32,000 nucleotides of DNA from NCBI RefSeq assembly GCF_000021865.1, contig NC_014034.1:3360001-3392000 (forward strand), given 5' to 3'. Each line of letters opens with the position of its first letter. Position 1 is the stretch's first letter. Both the position numbers and the translations under genes were made by a program. Below are positions 1-8,001 of this stretch, piece after piece. The notes under the pieces were generated by a model. It did not search any database, was not told where the DNA came from, and worked only from the letters and a program-made list of their open reading frames with translations. This stretch comes from Rhodobacter capsulatus SB 1003 (GTDB lineage: Bacteria; Pseudomonadota; Alphaproteobacteria; Rhodobacterales; Rhodobacteraceae).

Positions 1-687
1 CAGATGCGACAACGACTTGCGGTCATGGCAGCTTTCATCGGCACAGACCGGCACCGGCCGGGCCAGACCGATCAGCGCCTCGTCATCGATCGCGGGCAAG
101 GGCTGCTCGACCATGGCGACGCCCAGCCGCACCAGATGCGGCGCCAGATCGGCGTAAACCTCCGCCGACCAGCCCTCGTTCGCATCGACGACGATCACCG
201 ATTTCGGCGCCCCCGCCCGCACAGCCTCAAGCCGCGGCATGTCATCGGGGGTGCCCAGCTTGATCTTCAGGATCGGCCGATGCGCATTCTTCGCGGCCGC
301 GGCCCGCATCTGCTCGGGCTCGGCCAAGGAGAGCGTGTAACAGGTGACTTCCGGCCCGGGCGCGGAAAGCCCCGCCAGTTCCCAGACCCGTTTCCCCGCG
401 GCTTTCGCCTCCAGATCCCAGAGCGCGCAATCCACCGCATTGCGCGCCGCCCCGGGCGGCAGGGCATCGTAAAGCGCCGCGCGGGTGATCCCCTCGGGCA
501 GGCCCTCGATCTGTGCCGTCACGCTGTCCAGGCTTTCGCCATAGCGCGCGTAGGGCACGCATTCGCCCCAGCCGGTCACGCCCCCGCGCGTGATCCGCAC
601 CGTCAGCACCTTCGCCTCGGTCCGCGAGCCGCGCGAGATGGTGAACACCTCGGCCAGCCGGAACGTGTCGGCCGTTACGGAAATCAT
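1..687 (-). CDS. dgcA: Enolase-superfamily dipeptide epimerase / N-acetyl-D-glutamate racemase (DgcA-like); 3' end cut by the window edge
   Basis: Absent from the ORF track because it has no stop in the window. Manual minus-strand translation from the ATG at 687 gives MISVTADTFRLAEVFTISRGSRTEAKVLTVRITRGGVTGWGECVPYARYGESLDSVTAQIEGLPEGITRAALYDALPPGAARNAVDCAL..., open in frame to position 1. This is a typical N-terminus of Ala-Glu epimerase-type enolase-superfamily proteins. It lies 70 nt downstream of the DUF1611 gene, as in dgcN-dgcA pairs. Confidence 0.75.
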   Translation of the reverse strand, partial: MISVTADTFRLAEVFTISRGSRTEAKVLTVRITRGGVTGWGECVPYARYGESLDSVTAQIEGLPEGITRAALYDALPPGAARNAVDCALWDLEAKAAGKRVWELAGLSAPGPEVTCYTLSLAEPEQMRAAAAKNAHRPILKIKLGTPDDMPRLEAVRAGAPKSVIVVDANEGWSAEVYADLAPHLVRLGVAMVEQPLPAIDDEALIGLARPVPVCADESCHDRKSLSHL

Positions 688-757
688 CTTCCGCCCCTTT
701 ATCTTGCCCCAAATATCCTCGCCGGAGGCTCCGCCCCCGGCAGGCAGCGCCAAGCTC

Positions 758-1765
758 TCAGATCGCGGCGAGCGCGTCCACCAGCTTCTCGGCGCCGAAG
801 CGGAAGGGATCGGTGGTGGGCAGGCCCATCTCGGCCTCGACCTTGGCCAGATAGGCGCGGGCCTCGGCCTCGGGCATGTTCTGGGTGTTGATCGAGATGC
901 CCACGACCTTGCAGGCCGGGTTCGCCACCTTCGCCACCTGCAGCGCCAGATCGCGCAGCGCGTCAAGGCCCGGCAGCTGATAGCCCGGCAGGCCGCGCAT
1001 ATGGGCCCGGGTCGGTTCGTGGCACAGCACCAGCGCATCGGGTTGCCCGCCATGCACCAAAGCCATCGTCACGCCGGAATAGCTGACGTGGAAGAGGCTC
1101 CCCTGCCCCTCGATCAGATCCCAGTGATCGGCGTCATTGTCGGGCGTCAGCCATTCCACGGCCCCCGCCATGAAGTCCGCAATCACCGCATCAAGCGGCA
1201 CGCCGTCGCCGGTGATCAGGATCCCGGTCTGCCCGGTGGCCCGGAACGTCGCCTTCATCCCGCGCGCGCGCATCTCTTTTTCCATGCAAAGCGCGGTATA
1301 CATCTTGCCGACCGAGCAATCGGTGCCCACGGCCAGCATCCGCTTGCCGGTCCGCTTCACGCCGTTGGCGATCGGATAGTCCACCGTCGGCACCCGCACG
1401 TCATGCAGCTGCCGCCCGCAGGCCTTCGCCACGGCGACCAGATCTTCCTCGTCACGAAGCAGGTTGTGCAGCCCCGAAGCCAGATCGAAGCCCTCTTCCA
1501 GCGCCATGATCAGCACCTTTTTCCAGGCCTGCGAGATCACGCCGCCGCGGTTTGCCACGCCGATCACCAGCGTCTTGCAGCCCGCGGCCTTGGCGGTGGC
1601 CAGGTTCATCTCGGGCAGGCCCAGATCGGCCTTGCAGCCCTCCATCCGGTATTGGCCGACGGCATATTCCGGCCGCCAGTCCTTGATGCCCTGCGCGACT
1701 TTCGCGGCCAGCTGGTCGGGCGCATCACCCAGGAACAGCAGATAGGGGGTTTCGATCAGCGACAT
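758..1765 (-). CDS. dgcN: DUF1611-family protein, D-glutamate N-acetyltransferase DgcN-like
   Basis: ORF 758..1864. I place the start at the internal ATG at 1765 (MSLIETPYLLFLGDAP...), because the 33 upstream codons are Arg/Cys-rich and lie in the promoter region. The whole sequence reads as DUF1611 (...VGTDCSVGKMYT...HWDLIEGQGSLFH...). The epimerase gene follows directly. Confidence 0.85.
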   Translation of the reverse strand: MSLIETPYLLFLGDAPDQLAAKVAQGIKDWRPEYAVGQYRMEGCKADLGLPEMNLATAKAAGCKTLVIGVANRGGVISQAWKKVLIMALEEGFDLASGLHNLLRDEEDLVAVAKACGRQLHDVRVPTVDYPIANGVKRTGKRMLAVGTDCSVGKMYTALCMEKEMRARGMKATFRATGQTGILITGDGVPLDAVIADFMAGAVEWLTPDNDADHWDLIEGQGSLFHVSYSGVTMALVHGGQPDALVLCHEPTRAHMRGLPGYQLPGLDALRDLALQVAKVANPACKVVGISINTQNMPEAEARAYLAKVEAEMGLPTTDPFRFGAEKLVDALAAI

Positions 1766-1879
1766 GGGAACCTCGGCAGGTTGGAAAGGGTTTCGCAAGG
1801 TATGACGCGAGCAGCGCCGGATTTTCTTGGAAAGATAGCGCAGAACCGACAGAACTCGACACATTTCTTGCGCGACTTG

Positions 1880-1892
1880 CCGATTTCATCGC
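1880..1892 (+). promoter_or_regulatory. 13-mer box CCGATTTCATCGC, repeated exactly upstream of phaA (16527-16539)
   Basis: Exact 13/13 identity between two intergenic promoter regions (dgcN/mcl1 and EAL/phaA). The box is AT-rich relative to the genome. Function unknown. Confidence 0.35.
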
Positions 1893-1978
1893 AGCTTCTT
1901 CCAAGTTTTCCGCGCGCTGCAAAATTCATCACCCTTTTGCCCCGATGCTGCAGGCGCAGAAATTCCTTGCACGCCGCA

Positions 1979-1990
1979 GCGCAACAATAT
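1979..1990 (+). promoter_or_regulatory. 12-mer box GCGCAACAATAT, repeated exactly inside the phaB-proximal palindrome (17874-17885); overlaps a candidate -10
   Basis: It lies 45 nt upstream of the mcl1 ATG. It is followed by two more CGCAA repeats (1993-1997, 1999-2003). A possible promoter is TTGCAC (1967-1972), a 15-nt spacer, then TATAT (1988-1992). Confidence 0.35.
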
Positions 1991-2034
1991 ATCGCAAACG
2001 CAACGCATCCCGTAACTTCATTGCCGAGAGACAG

Positions 2035-2991
2035 ATGAGCTTCCGCACCCAGCCCCCTGCCCCCGCCCGCCTCAACCGCTGCCAGCTGTTCGGGCCGGGT
2101 TCGCGTCCGGCGATCTTTGAAAAGATGGCGCAATCGGCGGCCGATGTGATCAACCTCGACCTGGAAGACTCGGTGGCGCCCGACGACAAGCCGCAGGCGC
2201 GGCGCAACATCATCGAGGCCAGCCACAACATCGACTGGGGCAACAAATATCTGTCGGTGCGGATCAACGGGCTGGATACGCCGTTCTGGTATCGCGACGT
2301 GGTCGAGCTGCTGGAAGACGGGTCCGAGCGCATCGACCAGATCATGATCCCGAAAGTGGGCTGCGCCGCCGACGTTTACGCCGTCGATGCGCTGGTCACC
2401 GCGATCGAGGCCGCCAAGGGCCGGAAGAAACGCATCTCGCTGGAAGTGATCATCGAATCGGCCGCGGGCATCGCCCATGTCGAGGAAATCGCGGCCGCCT
2501 CGCCGCGGCTGCAGGCGATGAGCCTTGGCGCGGCGGATTTCGCGGCCTCCATGGGCATGGCCACCACCGGTATCGGCGGCACGCAGGAAAACTACTACAT
2601 GCTGCATGCGGGCGTGAAACATTGGTCGGACCCCTGGCACTGGGCGCAGGCCGCCATCGTCGCCGCCTGCCGCACCCATGGCATCCTGCCGGTCGATGGC
2701 CCGTTTGGCGATTTCTCCGATGACGAGGGCTTCCGGGCCCAGGCCTTGCGGTCGGCGACGCTCGGCATGGTCGGCAAATGGGCGATCCACCCGAAACAGG
2801 TCGCTTTGGCGAACGAGGTCTTCACCCCCTCTGACGCTGCGGTTGCAGAGGCGCGGGAAATTCTGGCGGCGATGGAAAAGGCCAAGGCCGAGGGCGCCGG
2901 CGCCACCGTCTACAAGGGGCGGCTGGTCGATATTGCCTCGATCCGGCAGGCGGAAGTGATTGTCAGACAGGCGGAAATGGCTAAGGTCTGA
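2035..2991 (+). CDS. mcl1: L-malyl-CoA / beta-methylmalyl-CoA lyase (HpcH/CitE-like aldolase family), 318 aa
   Basis: ORF 1945..2991, with the start placed at ATG 2035 (MSFRTQPPAPARLNRCQLFGPGSRPAIFEKMAQSAADVINLDLEDSVAPDDK...). The full length reads as a CitE/Mcl-type lyase with the 318-aa size expected for Rhodobacter Mcl1. The upstream 30 codons look non-coding (AT-rich boxes). Confidence 0.88.
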   Translation: MSFRTQPPAPARLNRCQLFGPGSRPAIFEKMAQSAADVINLDLEDSVAPDDKPQARRNIIEASHNIDWGNKYLSVRINGLDTPFWYRDVVELLEDGSERIDQIMIPKVGCAADVYAVDALVTAIEAAKGRKKRISLEVIIESAAGIAHVEEIAAASPRLQAMSLGAADFAASMGMATTGIGGTQENYYMLHAGVKHWSDPWHWAQAAIVAACRTHGILPVDGPFGDFSDDEGFRAQALRSATLGMVGKWAIHPKQVALANEVFTPSDAAVAEAREILAAMEKAKAEGAGATVYKGRLVDIASIRQAEVIVRQAEMAKV

Positions 2992-3075
2992 GCATTCTGT
3001 AAACGATTCGTGACCGAATCGATTCGGATCCCGGAGCGGCAGGGAGGGGAGGCCCGGCTGCATGAGGGAACAGGG

Positions 3076-3100
3076 ACGCCCCGGACCCGCGCCGGGGCGT
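3076..3100 (+). terminator. Rho-independent terminator candidate after mcl1
   Basis: ACGCCCCGG (3076-3084) pairs with CCGGGGCGT (3092-3100) around a 7-nt loop. It is followed by TTCCAATTT. Confidence 0.6.
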
Positions 3101-3169
3101 TTCCAATTTGACCCCGCCCCCGCGCGGCCCGCTTCCCCGCGGCACTCTGCCCGGTTTTCCCTGCGTCAG

Positions 3170-3198
3170 TTGCAAATCCCGGCCCGCGCGGTCATATA
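3170..3198 (+). promoter_or_regulatory. Sigma70-type promoter candidate for accA
   Basis: TTGCAA (3170-3175), a 16-17 nt spacer, then (T)CATATA (3192-3198). GGAGG (3216-3220) sits 5 nt before the ATG at 3226. Confidence 0.45.
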
Positions 3199-3225
3199 GG
3201 CCACGACTGCGTTACGGAGGCTTCG

Positions 3226-4188
3226 ATGACGACCTATCTCGAGTTCGAAAAGCCGCTCGCCGAGATCGAGGGCAAGGCCGAGGAACTGCGGGCGCTGGCC
3301 CGGGCGAATTCGGGGATGGATGTCGAAAAGGAAGCGGCCGCGCTGGACAAGAAGGCGGCGCAACTGCTGACCGACCTTTACAAGGATCTGACGCCCTGGC
3401 GGAAATGCCAGGTGGCGCGGCATCCCGACCGGCCGCATTGCCGCGACTACATCTACGAGCTTTTCACCGAATACACGCCGCTGGCGGGCGATCGCAACTT
3501 TGCCGATGATCACGCGGTGATGGGCGGCCTTGCGCGGTTCGACGATCAGCCGGTCGTCGTGATCGGCCATGAAAAGGGCCACGACACCGCGTCCCGCATC
3601 GTGCACAATTTCGGCATGGCCCGCCCCGAGGGCTATCGCAAGGCGATCCGGCTGATGGACATGGCCGACCGCTTCGGCCTGCCGGTGGTGACGCTTGTCG
3701 ACACGCCCGGCGCCTATCCCGGCAAGGGCGCCGAGGAACGCGGCCAGGCCGAGGCCATCGCGCGTTCGACCGAAAAATGCCTCTGCCTTGGCGTGCCGCT
3801 GATCTCGGTGATCATCGGCGAGGGCGGCTCGGGCGGGGCCGTGGCCTTTGCCACCGCCGACCGCATCGCGATGCTGGAACATTCGGTCTATTCGGTGATC
3901 TCGCCCGAGGGCTGCGCCTCGATCCTGTGGAAGGACGCCGAGAAGATGCGCGAAGCCGCCGAGGCTTTGCGGCTGACGGCGCAGGATCTGAAGAAACTGG
4001 GCGTGATCGACCGGATCATCGCCGAACCCTTGGGCGGGGCGCAGCGCGACCGCAAGAAGACGATTGCCAGTGTGGGCGCCGAGATCGGCAAGATGCTGGC
4101 CGATCTGAAGGGCAAGAAACGCGCCGAGATCCTGGCGGCGCGGCGCAAGAAATTCATCGAGATGGGCTCGAAGGGTCTGGCGGCATAA
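3226..4188 (+). CDS. accA: Acetyl-CoA carboxylase carboxyltransferase alpha subunit
   Basis: 320 aa: [22 protein letters not shown]...RHPDRPH...VVVIGHEKG...[15 protein letters not shown]...[25 protein letters not shown]. This is a canonical AccA sequence over its full length. Confidence 0.95.
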   Translation: MTTYLEFEKPLAEIEGKAEELRALARANSGMDVEKEAAALDKKAAQLLTDLYKDLTPWRKCQVARHPDRPHCRDYIYELFTEYTPLAGDRNFADDHAVMGGLARFDDQPVVVIGHEKGHDTASRIVHNFGMARPEGYRKAIRLMDMADRFGLPVVTLVDTPGAYPGKGAEERGQAEAIARSTEKCLCLGVPLISVIIGEGGSGGAVAFATADRIAMLEHSVYSVISPEGCASILWKDAEKMREAAEALRLTAQDLKKLGVIDRIIAEPLGGAQRDRKKTIASVGAEIGKMLADLKGKKRAEILAARRKKFIEMGSKGLAA

Positions 4189-4210
4189 GGCGCCGACCTT
4201 GCGACAGGAA

Positions 4211-4234
4211 AAAGGGCGGCTCCGGCCGCCCTTT
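4211..4234. terminator. Bidirectional intrinsic terminator between convergent accA and plsC
   Basis: AAAGGGCGGC (4211-4220), loop TCCG, GCCGCCCTTT (4225-4234), followed by GCTTTTC. The A/T ends of the stem give U-tracts in both orientations. Confidence 0.75.
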
Positions 4235-4257
4235 GCTTTTCTGTGGGGGCTGACCCT

Positions 4258-4989
4258 TCAGCCGATCTTCAGCCCGGCCTCGGCCATCAGCTTGTCGGAC
4301 GCGGTCTCGATCTGCGCCTCGATCACCTTCATGTACTCGCCCATCGCCATGCCCGGCGCGATCTGCGGCAGGAATTCCACCACGGCCAGCCCGGGCTTGC
4401 GCAACACCGCATGGCGCGGCCAGAACACGCCGACATTCGTCGCCGCAGGCACGCAGGGCAGGCCAAGCTCGTTGTAAAGCGCCCCGGCGCCGATCTTGTA
4501 GGGCTTCTTCGCCCCGGCCGCGACGCGGGTGCCCTGGGCAAAGATCACCAGCTGACCGCCCGCGAAACGGGCATCCTTGGCCTGTTCCAGCATCCCCTTG
4601 ATCGCCGCGCCGCGCTTGCCGCGATCAACCGGCACGCAGCCGATCATCCAGGCATACCAGCCGACGAAGGGGGTCCAGACCAGTTCCTTTTTCATGATGA
4701 ACTTGCCGCGCGGGATCGCCGCATAGATCATCAGGATGTCGAAGAAGCTTTGATGCTTGGCGGCAATCAGCACGTCGCCCGTGGGGATCTCGCCGCGGTA
4801 TTCGGTCTTGATGCCGACCATCCAGCCCGCGGTCCAGCACACCCATTTGCAATAGCCGCGGCAGACATGGATGGCGGCGGACCGCCCGCCGATCAGCGCA
4901 TAGGGCAGCCCGACAATCGCATAGACCGCCAGCATCACATACATCTGGGCGATGAACAGAACCGAACGAATGTATTGCCAAACGATCAT
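4258..4989 (-). CDS. plsC: 1-acyl-sn-glycerol-3-phosphate (lysophospholipid) acyltransferase family protein
   Basis: ORF 4258..5079, with the start taken at ATG 4989 (MIVWQYIRSVLF...). There is an N-terminal TM segment, the HX4D acyltransferase motif (AAKHQSFFDI) and a FAQGTR block. The start overlaps the ftsX stop by 1 nt (TGATG). Confidence 0.8.
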   Translation of the reverse strand: MIVWQYIRSVLFIAQMYVMLAVYAIVGLPYALIGGRSAAIHVCRGYCKWVCWTAGWMVGIKTEYRGEIPTGDVLIAAKHQSFFDILMIYAAIPRGKFIMKKELVWTPFVGWYAWMIGCVPVDRGKRGAAIKGMLEQAKDARFAGGQLVIFAQGTRVAAGAKKPYKIGAGALYNELGLPCVPAATNVGVFWPRHAVLRKPGLAVVEFLPQIAPGMAMGEYMKVIEAQIETASDKLMAEAGLKIG

Positions 4990-5882
4990 CAGCGAATTCC
5001 CCTGAGCATGCGCAGCGCCGCGGCGCGGGTGGCGCCAAAGGCCACTAGCGCAGCCAGCCCCGGCAATGCAAGCGGCCAAAGCCAGCCCCAGCCGGTGAAG
5101 CCAAGTCCGGTCAGGAAGCCGCCCGCCGCATCGGCCGCGGGCAGCGCCGCCACCGCCGCCATGCCCAGCGCCGTGCCCAGCGCCGCCCCGGCCAGCGCGC
5201 GTTTGGTGAAGCGGCGCACGAAGGCCCCGGCGATGAAGGCATCCTGCGCCCCCACCAGCCGCAGCGTGCGGATCACCTGACCGTTCGCCGCCAGGGCCGC
5301 CTGGGCGGCCAGCGTGATCATCCCCGCCATCGCGCCGCCGATCAGCACCAGCGACAGCCAGCCCAGCAGCCGCAACCGGCTGGCCGCGGCGATCAGCGGC
5401 TTGCGCCAGCGGGTGTGGTCATCAAGCACCGCCCCGGGCGCCTCGGCCGCCAGCCGCAGCCGCAGCCCCTCGGCGTCGATGCCCTGCCCGGTCTCGGTCA
5501 GCTCGACCAGCTTCGGCAAGGGCAGCGTATCGACCGGCAGATCCGGCCCGAACCAGGGGTCAAGCAGCTTGCGCATCTCGCCCTCGTCCATGGCGCGGTA
5601 GCTGGCCACGCCGGGCGTGGTTTCCAGCGCCTCCAGCACGGCGCGCAGCTGCGTTTCCATCTGATCGGGCGGCGCCGAAATCCGGATCGTGGCCGAGCGC
5701 GCCAGCGCCTCGGACCAGCGATCGGCCAGCCGCCCCGAGGCCAGCGACAAAGCCAGCGCAAAGACCGCCAGAAAGGCCATCGCCGCCGAGGTCAGCACGG
5801 TCAGATTGGCGGTGAAGCCGGTGGGCGGCACCACCCGGTCGGCGGTCGACAATTCAGAGCCGAAAGGATTGAACCGCATCAC
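4989..5882 (-). CDS. ftsX: Cell division ABC transporter permease FtsX
   Basis: 297 aa with an N-terminal TM segment, a periplasmic loop and three C-terminal TM segments. It sits immediately downstream of ftsE with an ATGA start/stop overlap (5879-5882). Confidence 0.85.
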   Translation of the reverse strand: MMRFNPFGSELSTADRVVPPTGFTANLTVLTSAAMAFLAVFALALSLASGRLADRWSEALARSATIRISAPPDQMETQLRAVLEALETTPGVASYRAMDEGEMRKLLDPWFGPDLPVDTLPLPKLVELTETGQGIDAEGLRLRLAAEAPGAVLDDHTRWRKPLIAAASRLRLLGWLSLVLIGGAMAGMITLAAQAALAANGQVIRTLRLVGAQDAFIAGAFVRRFTKRALAGAALGTALGMAAVAALPAADAAGGFLTGLGFTGWGWLWPLALPGLAALVAFGATRAAALRMLRGIR

Positions 5883-6550
5883 AGATCCGCCCCCGCCAGT
5901 TGCAGCCGCCGGTTCGCGATCCGCAGCACCCGCGCCGAGACCTGCGCCTTGGCCTGCCGGATCAGGTTCAGATCATGCGTCGCGATCAGCACGGTCTTGC
6001 CCAGCTTGTTCAGCTCCATCAGCAGCGACAACAGCCGCAGCGACATCTCCCAATCCAGGTTGCCGGTGGGCTCGTCGGCCAGAATCACCTCGGGCGAGGT
6101 GATGATCGCCCGCGCCAGCGCCGCCCTTTGCCGCTCGCCGCCCGAAAGCTGCGGCGGCAGCGCGTTCATCTGCGCCTTCAGCCCGACCCAGGCCAGAAGC
6201 TCTGCAAGTTCCATGCCATCGATCGGACGCCCCGAAACCGTCAGCGGCAGCGCGACATTTTCCGCCACCGAGAGGTGATCCAGAAACTGGCAGTCCTGAT
6301 GCACGACGCCGATGCGCTGGCGCATCCGGGCGATGTCATCGCGGCCCATCGTGCGGGCGTCCTGACCGTAAAGCCCCATGAACCCCGAAGAGGGCAGAAG
6401 CTCGGCATAGCAGAGCTTCAGGAACGTCGTCTTGCCCGCGCCCGAAGGCCCGGTCAGGAAGTGAAACGACCCCGGCACCAGCTTCAGCGTCATCTCCGCC
6501 AGCAGCTCGCTTCCGCCATAGCCGACGGCAACATCCTGCAATTCGATCAC
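5879..6550 (-). CDS. ftsE: Cell division ATP-binding protein FtsE
   Basis: ABC ATPase with Walker A GPSGAGKTT, signature LSGGERQR and Walker B ILADEPT. I prefer the GTG start at 6550 (VIELQDVAVGYGG...), which is preceded by AGGAGAGGGG. The longer track ORF to 6601 only adds an Arg/Cys-rich leader. Confidence 0.9.
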   Translation of the reverse strand: MIELQDVAVGYGGSELLAEMTLKLVPGSFHFLTGPSGAGKTTFLKLCYAELLPSSGFMGLYGQDARTMGRDDIARMRQRIGVVHQDCQFLDHLSVAENVALPLTVSGRPIDGMELAELLAWVGLKAQMNALPPQLSGGERQRAALARAIITSPEVILADEPTGNLDWEMSLRLLSLLMELNKLGKTVLIATHDLNLIRQAKAQVSARVLRIANRRLQLAGADL

Positions 6551-6690
6551 TGCGCGGCCCCTCTCCTGTTGCCCCCGTTGCGGGCGGCACCTGCGACACA
6601 CTCAAACTATTGGAGTTTGTTTCTTTGCTTGCTACAACAAGCTGGTAGAAAAGGCCAGAATGGCAAGCGAGGGGCGAGGCTGGGAACCGG

Positions 6691-7992
6691 ATGCGGCTGA
6701 TCTGCCCGAGATGCGGTGCGCAATACGAGGTGGATGACGTGGTCATTCCCGCCGCGGGGCGCGATGTGCAATGTTCCGGCTGCGGCCAGACCTGGTTCCA
6801 ACCCAGCCGCGCGATGCTGGATGCCGCCGCCGGTGACGCCAGCCTGTCCGGGGCGCCGCAGGACCCGGATGCCGCGCCCGAGATCGCCGCAGACCAGATC
6901 ACCGCCGACCAGATCGTCGCGGATCCGGAGCCCGAGGCCTGGCCCGAACCGCGCCCCGAAGACTGGCCCGAGGTCGATCCCGCGCCCGAACCGGCCGAGC
7001 CCGAGCCCGCAGGACCGGAAGACGAAGCCGAGGCCCCGGCGCTTGAAGGGTTGGACTGGGCGGTGCCGCAGGGTCCGAGCGAGCCCGAACCCGAACCGGC
7101 CGATCTCGATCCGGCCGAGGTCGAGGCCGATGTGACCCAGGCCATCGCCGAGCTGATGCGGGCCCATCCGCTGTCCCCGCCCGTCGAGCCCGAGGAGAGC
7201 CCGGTCCCGACTTTCACGCCGCCCCCCGCGGCTGCGGAGGCTGTGCCGCCCGCCGCTCCGGCCGCCCCGCCGCCCTCCGGCGATCTGGGACCGGCGCCGC
7301 GGGCCGGGGCGATTCCGCGCCGCCCGCTGGATGAAAACCTGATGGCGATCCTGCGCGAAGAGGCCGAGCGCGAAGCCGCCGCCCGCCGCGCCGAGGGCAC
7401 CGGGATCGAGACGCAGGAGGAAATGAACCTTGATCGGGTGCTGGCGCCAGTCGCGCCCGTGCCACCCGCGCCCGTGCCGCCTGTCCCGCCGCCGCCCGCC
7501 GCCGTCGCTCCGGTGCAGCCGCAGCGCGTGACCCCGCCGCTGCGGGCCGAACCGCGCCGGGTGCCCGATTTCAGCGATCTGAATTCCAGCGACGCGGACG
7601 ACCCTCTTGCCGATCCGGCCGAGAGCCCCGATGCCGAAACCGCGGACAGCCCCGGGCGGGCGCCGCGGCGCCAGCGTCTGCCCGACATCGACGAGATCAA
7701 TTCCAGCCTGCGGGCCAGCGCCGACCGGGCGGGCGACATTGCCGCCCAGGGCCCGCTGCAGGGCCGACAGGAGTCGCGCGCGGGCTTCCGGCTCGGCTTT
7801 TCGATGGTGCTGCTGCTCGCGGCGCTGGCGGTGCTGCTTTATGCCTATGCGCCGCAGCTGGCCGGGCGGGTGCCGGCGCTGACGCCGCTTCTGGACAGCT
7901 ATGTCGCCGCGGTGGATGCGGCGCGGATCTGGCTGGATGCACAGCTGCGCGCGGCGATCGCCGCGATGCAGGCGGGGGCGCCGCAGGGCTGA
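6691..7992 (+). CDS. MJ0042-type zinc-ribbon protein with an acidic/Pro-rich low-complexity middle and a C-terminal TM segment
   Basis: MRLICPRCGAQYEVDDVVIPAAGRDVQCSGCGQTWFQ is the MJ0042/TIGR02098 zinc-finger pattern (CxxC...CxxC). About 280 aa of P/E/A/D-rich sequence follow, then a hydrophobic helix (GFRLGFSMVLLLAALAVLLYAYA). It is divergent from ftsE. Confidence 0.8.
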   Translation: MRLICPRCGAQYEVDDVVIPAAGRDVQCSGCGQTWFQPSRAMLDAAAGDASLSGAPQDPDAAPEIAADQITADQIVADPEPEAWPEPRPEDWPEVDPAPEPAEPEPAGPEDEAEAPALEGLDWAVPQGPSEPEPEPADLDPAEVEADVTQAIAELMRAHPLSPPVEPEESPVPTFTPPPAAAEAVPPAAPAAPPPSGDLGPAPRAGAIPRRPLDENLMAILREEAEREAAARRAEGTGIETQEEMNLDRVLAPVAPVPPAPVPPVPPPPAAVAPVQPQRVTPPLRAEPRRVPDFSDLNSSDADDPLADPAESPDAETADSPGRAPRRQRLPDIDEINSSLRASADRAGDIAAQGPLQGRQESRAGFRLGFSMVLLLAALAVLLYAYAPQLAGRVPALTPLLDSYVAAVDAARIWLDAQLRAAIAAMQAGAPQG

Positions 7993-8001
7993 TCCGACCG
8001 C

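Noticed and set aside
1766-1864. N-terminal extensions suggested by the track (here for dgcN; likewise 4990..5079 plsC, 6551..6601 ftsE, 11878..11979 lysA, 23845..23997 membrane protein, 27232..27540 folD, 29272..29370 fhs, 20681..20806 methyltransferase)
   Set aside because: The extensions are Arg/Cys/Gly-rich and extend into upstream genes or promoters. Internal starts align with conserved family N-termini and have SD sequences or start/stop coupling.
4-2038. Plus-strand ORFs 4..891 and 590..2038
   Set aside because: They are antisense to the dgcA and dgcN coding frames and give Arg-rich nonsense translations.
6336-7739. A 467-aa minus-strand ORF (Ser/Gly/Ala-rich) opposite the zinc-ribbon gene
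   Set aside because: It is the antisense of a Pro/Glu/Ala-rich coding region and has no start context. The plus-strand ORF has the zinc-ribbon and TM features.
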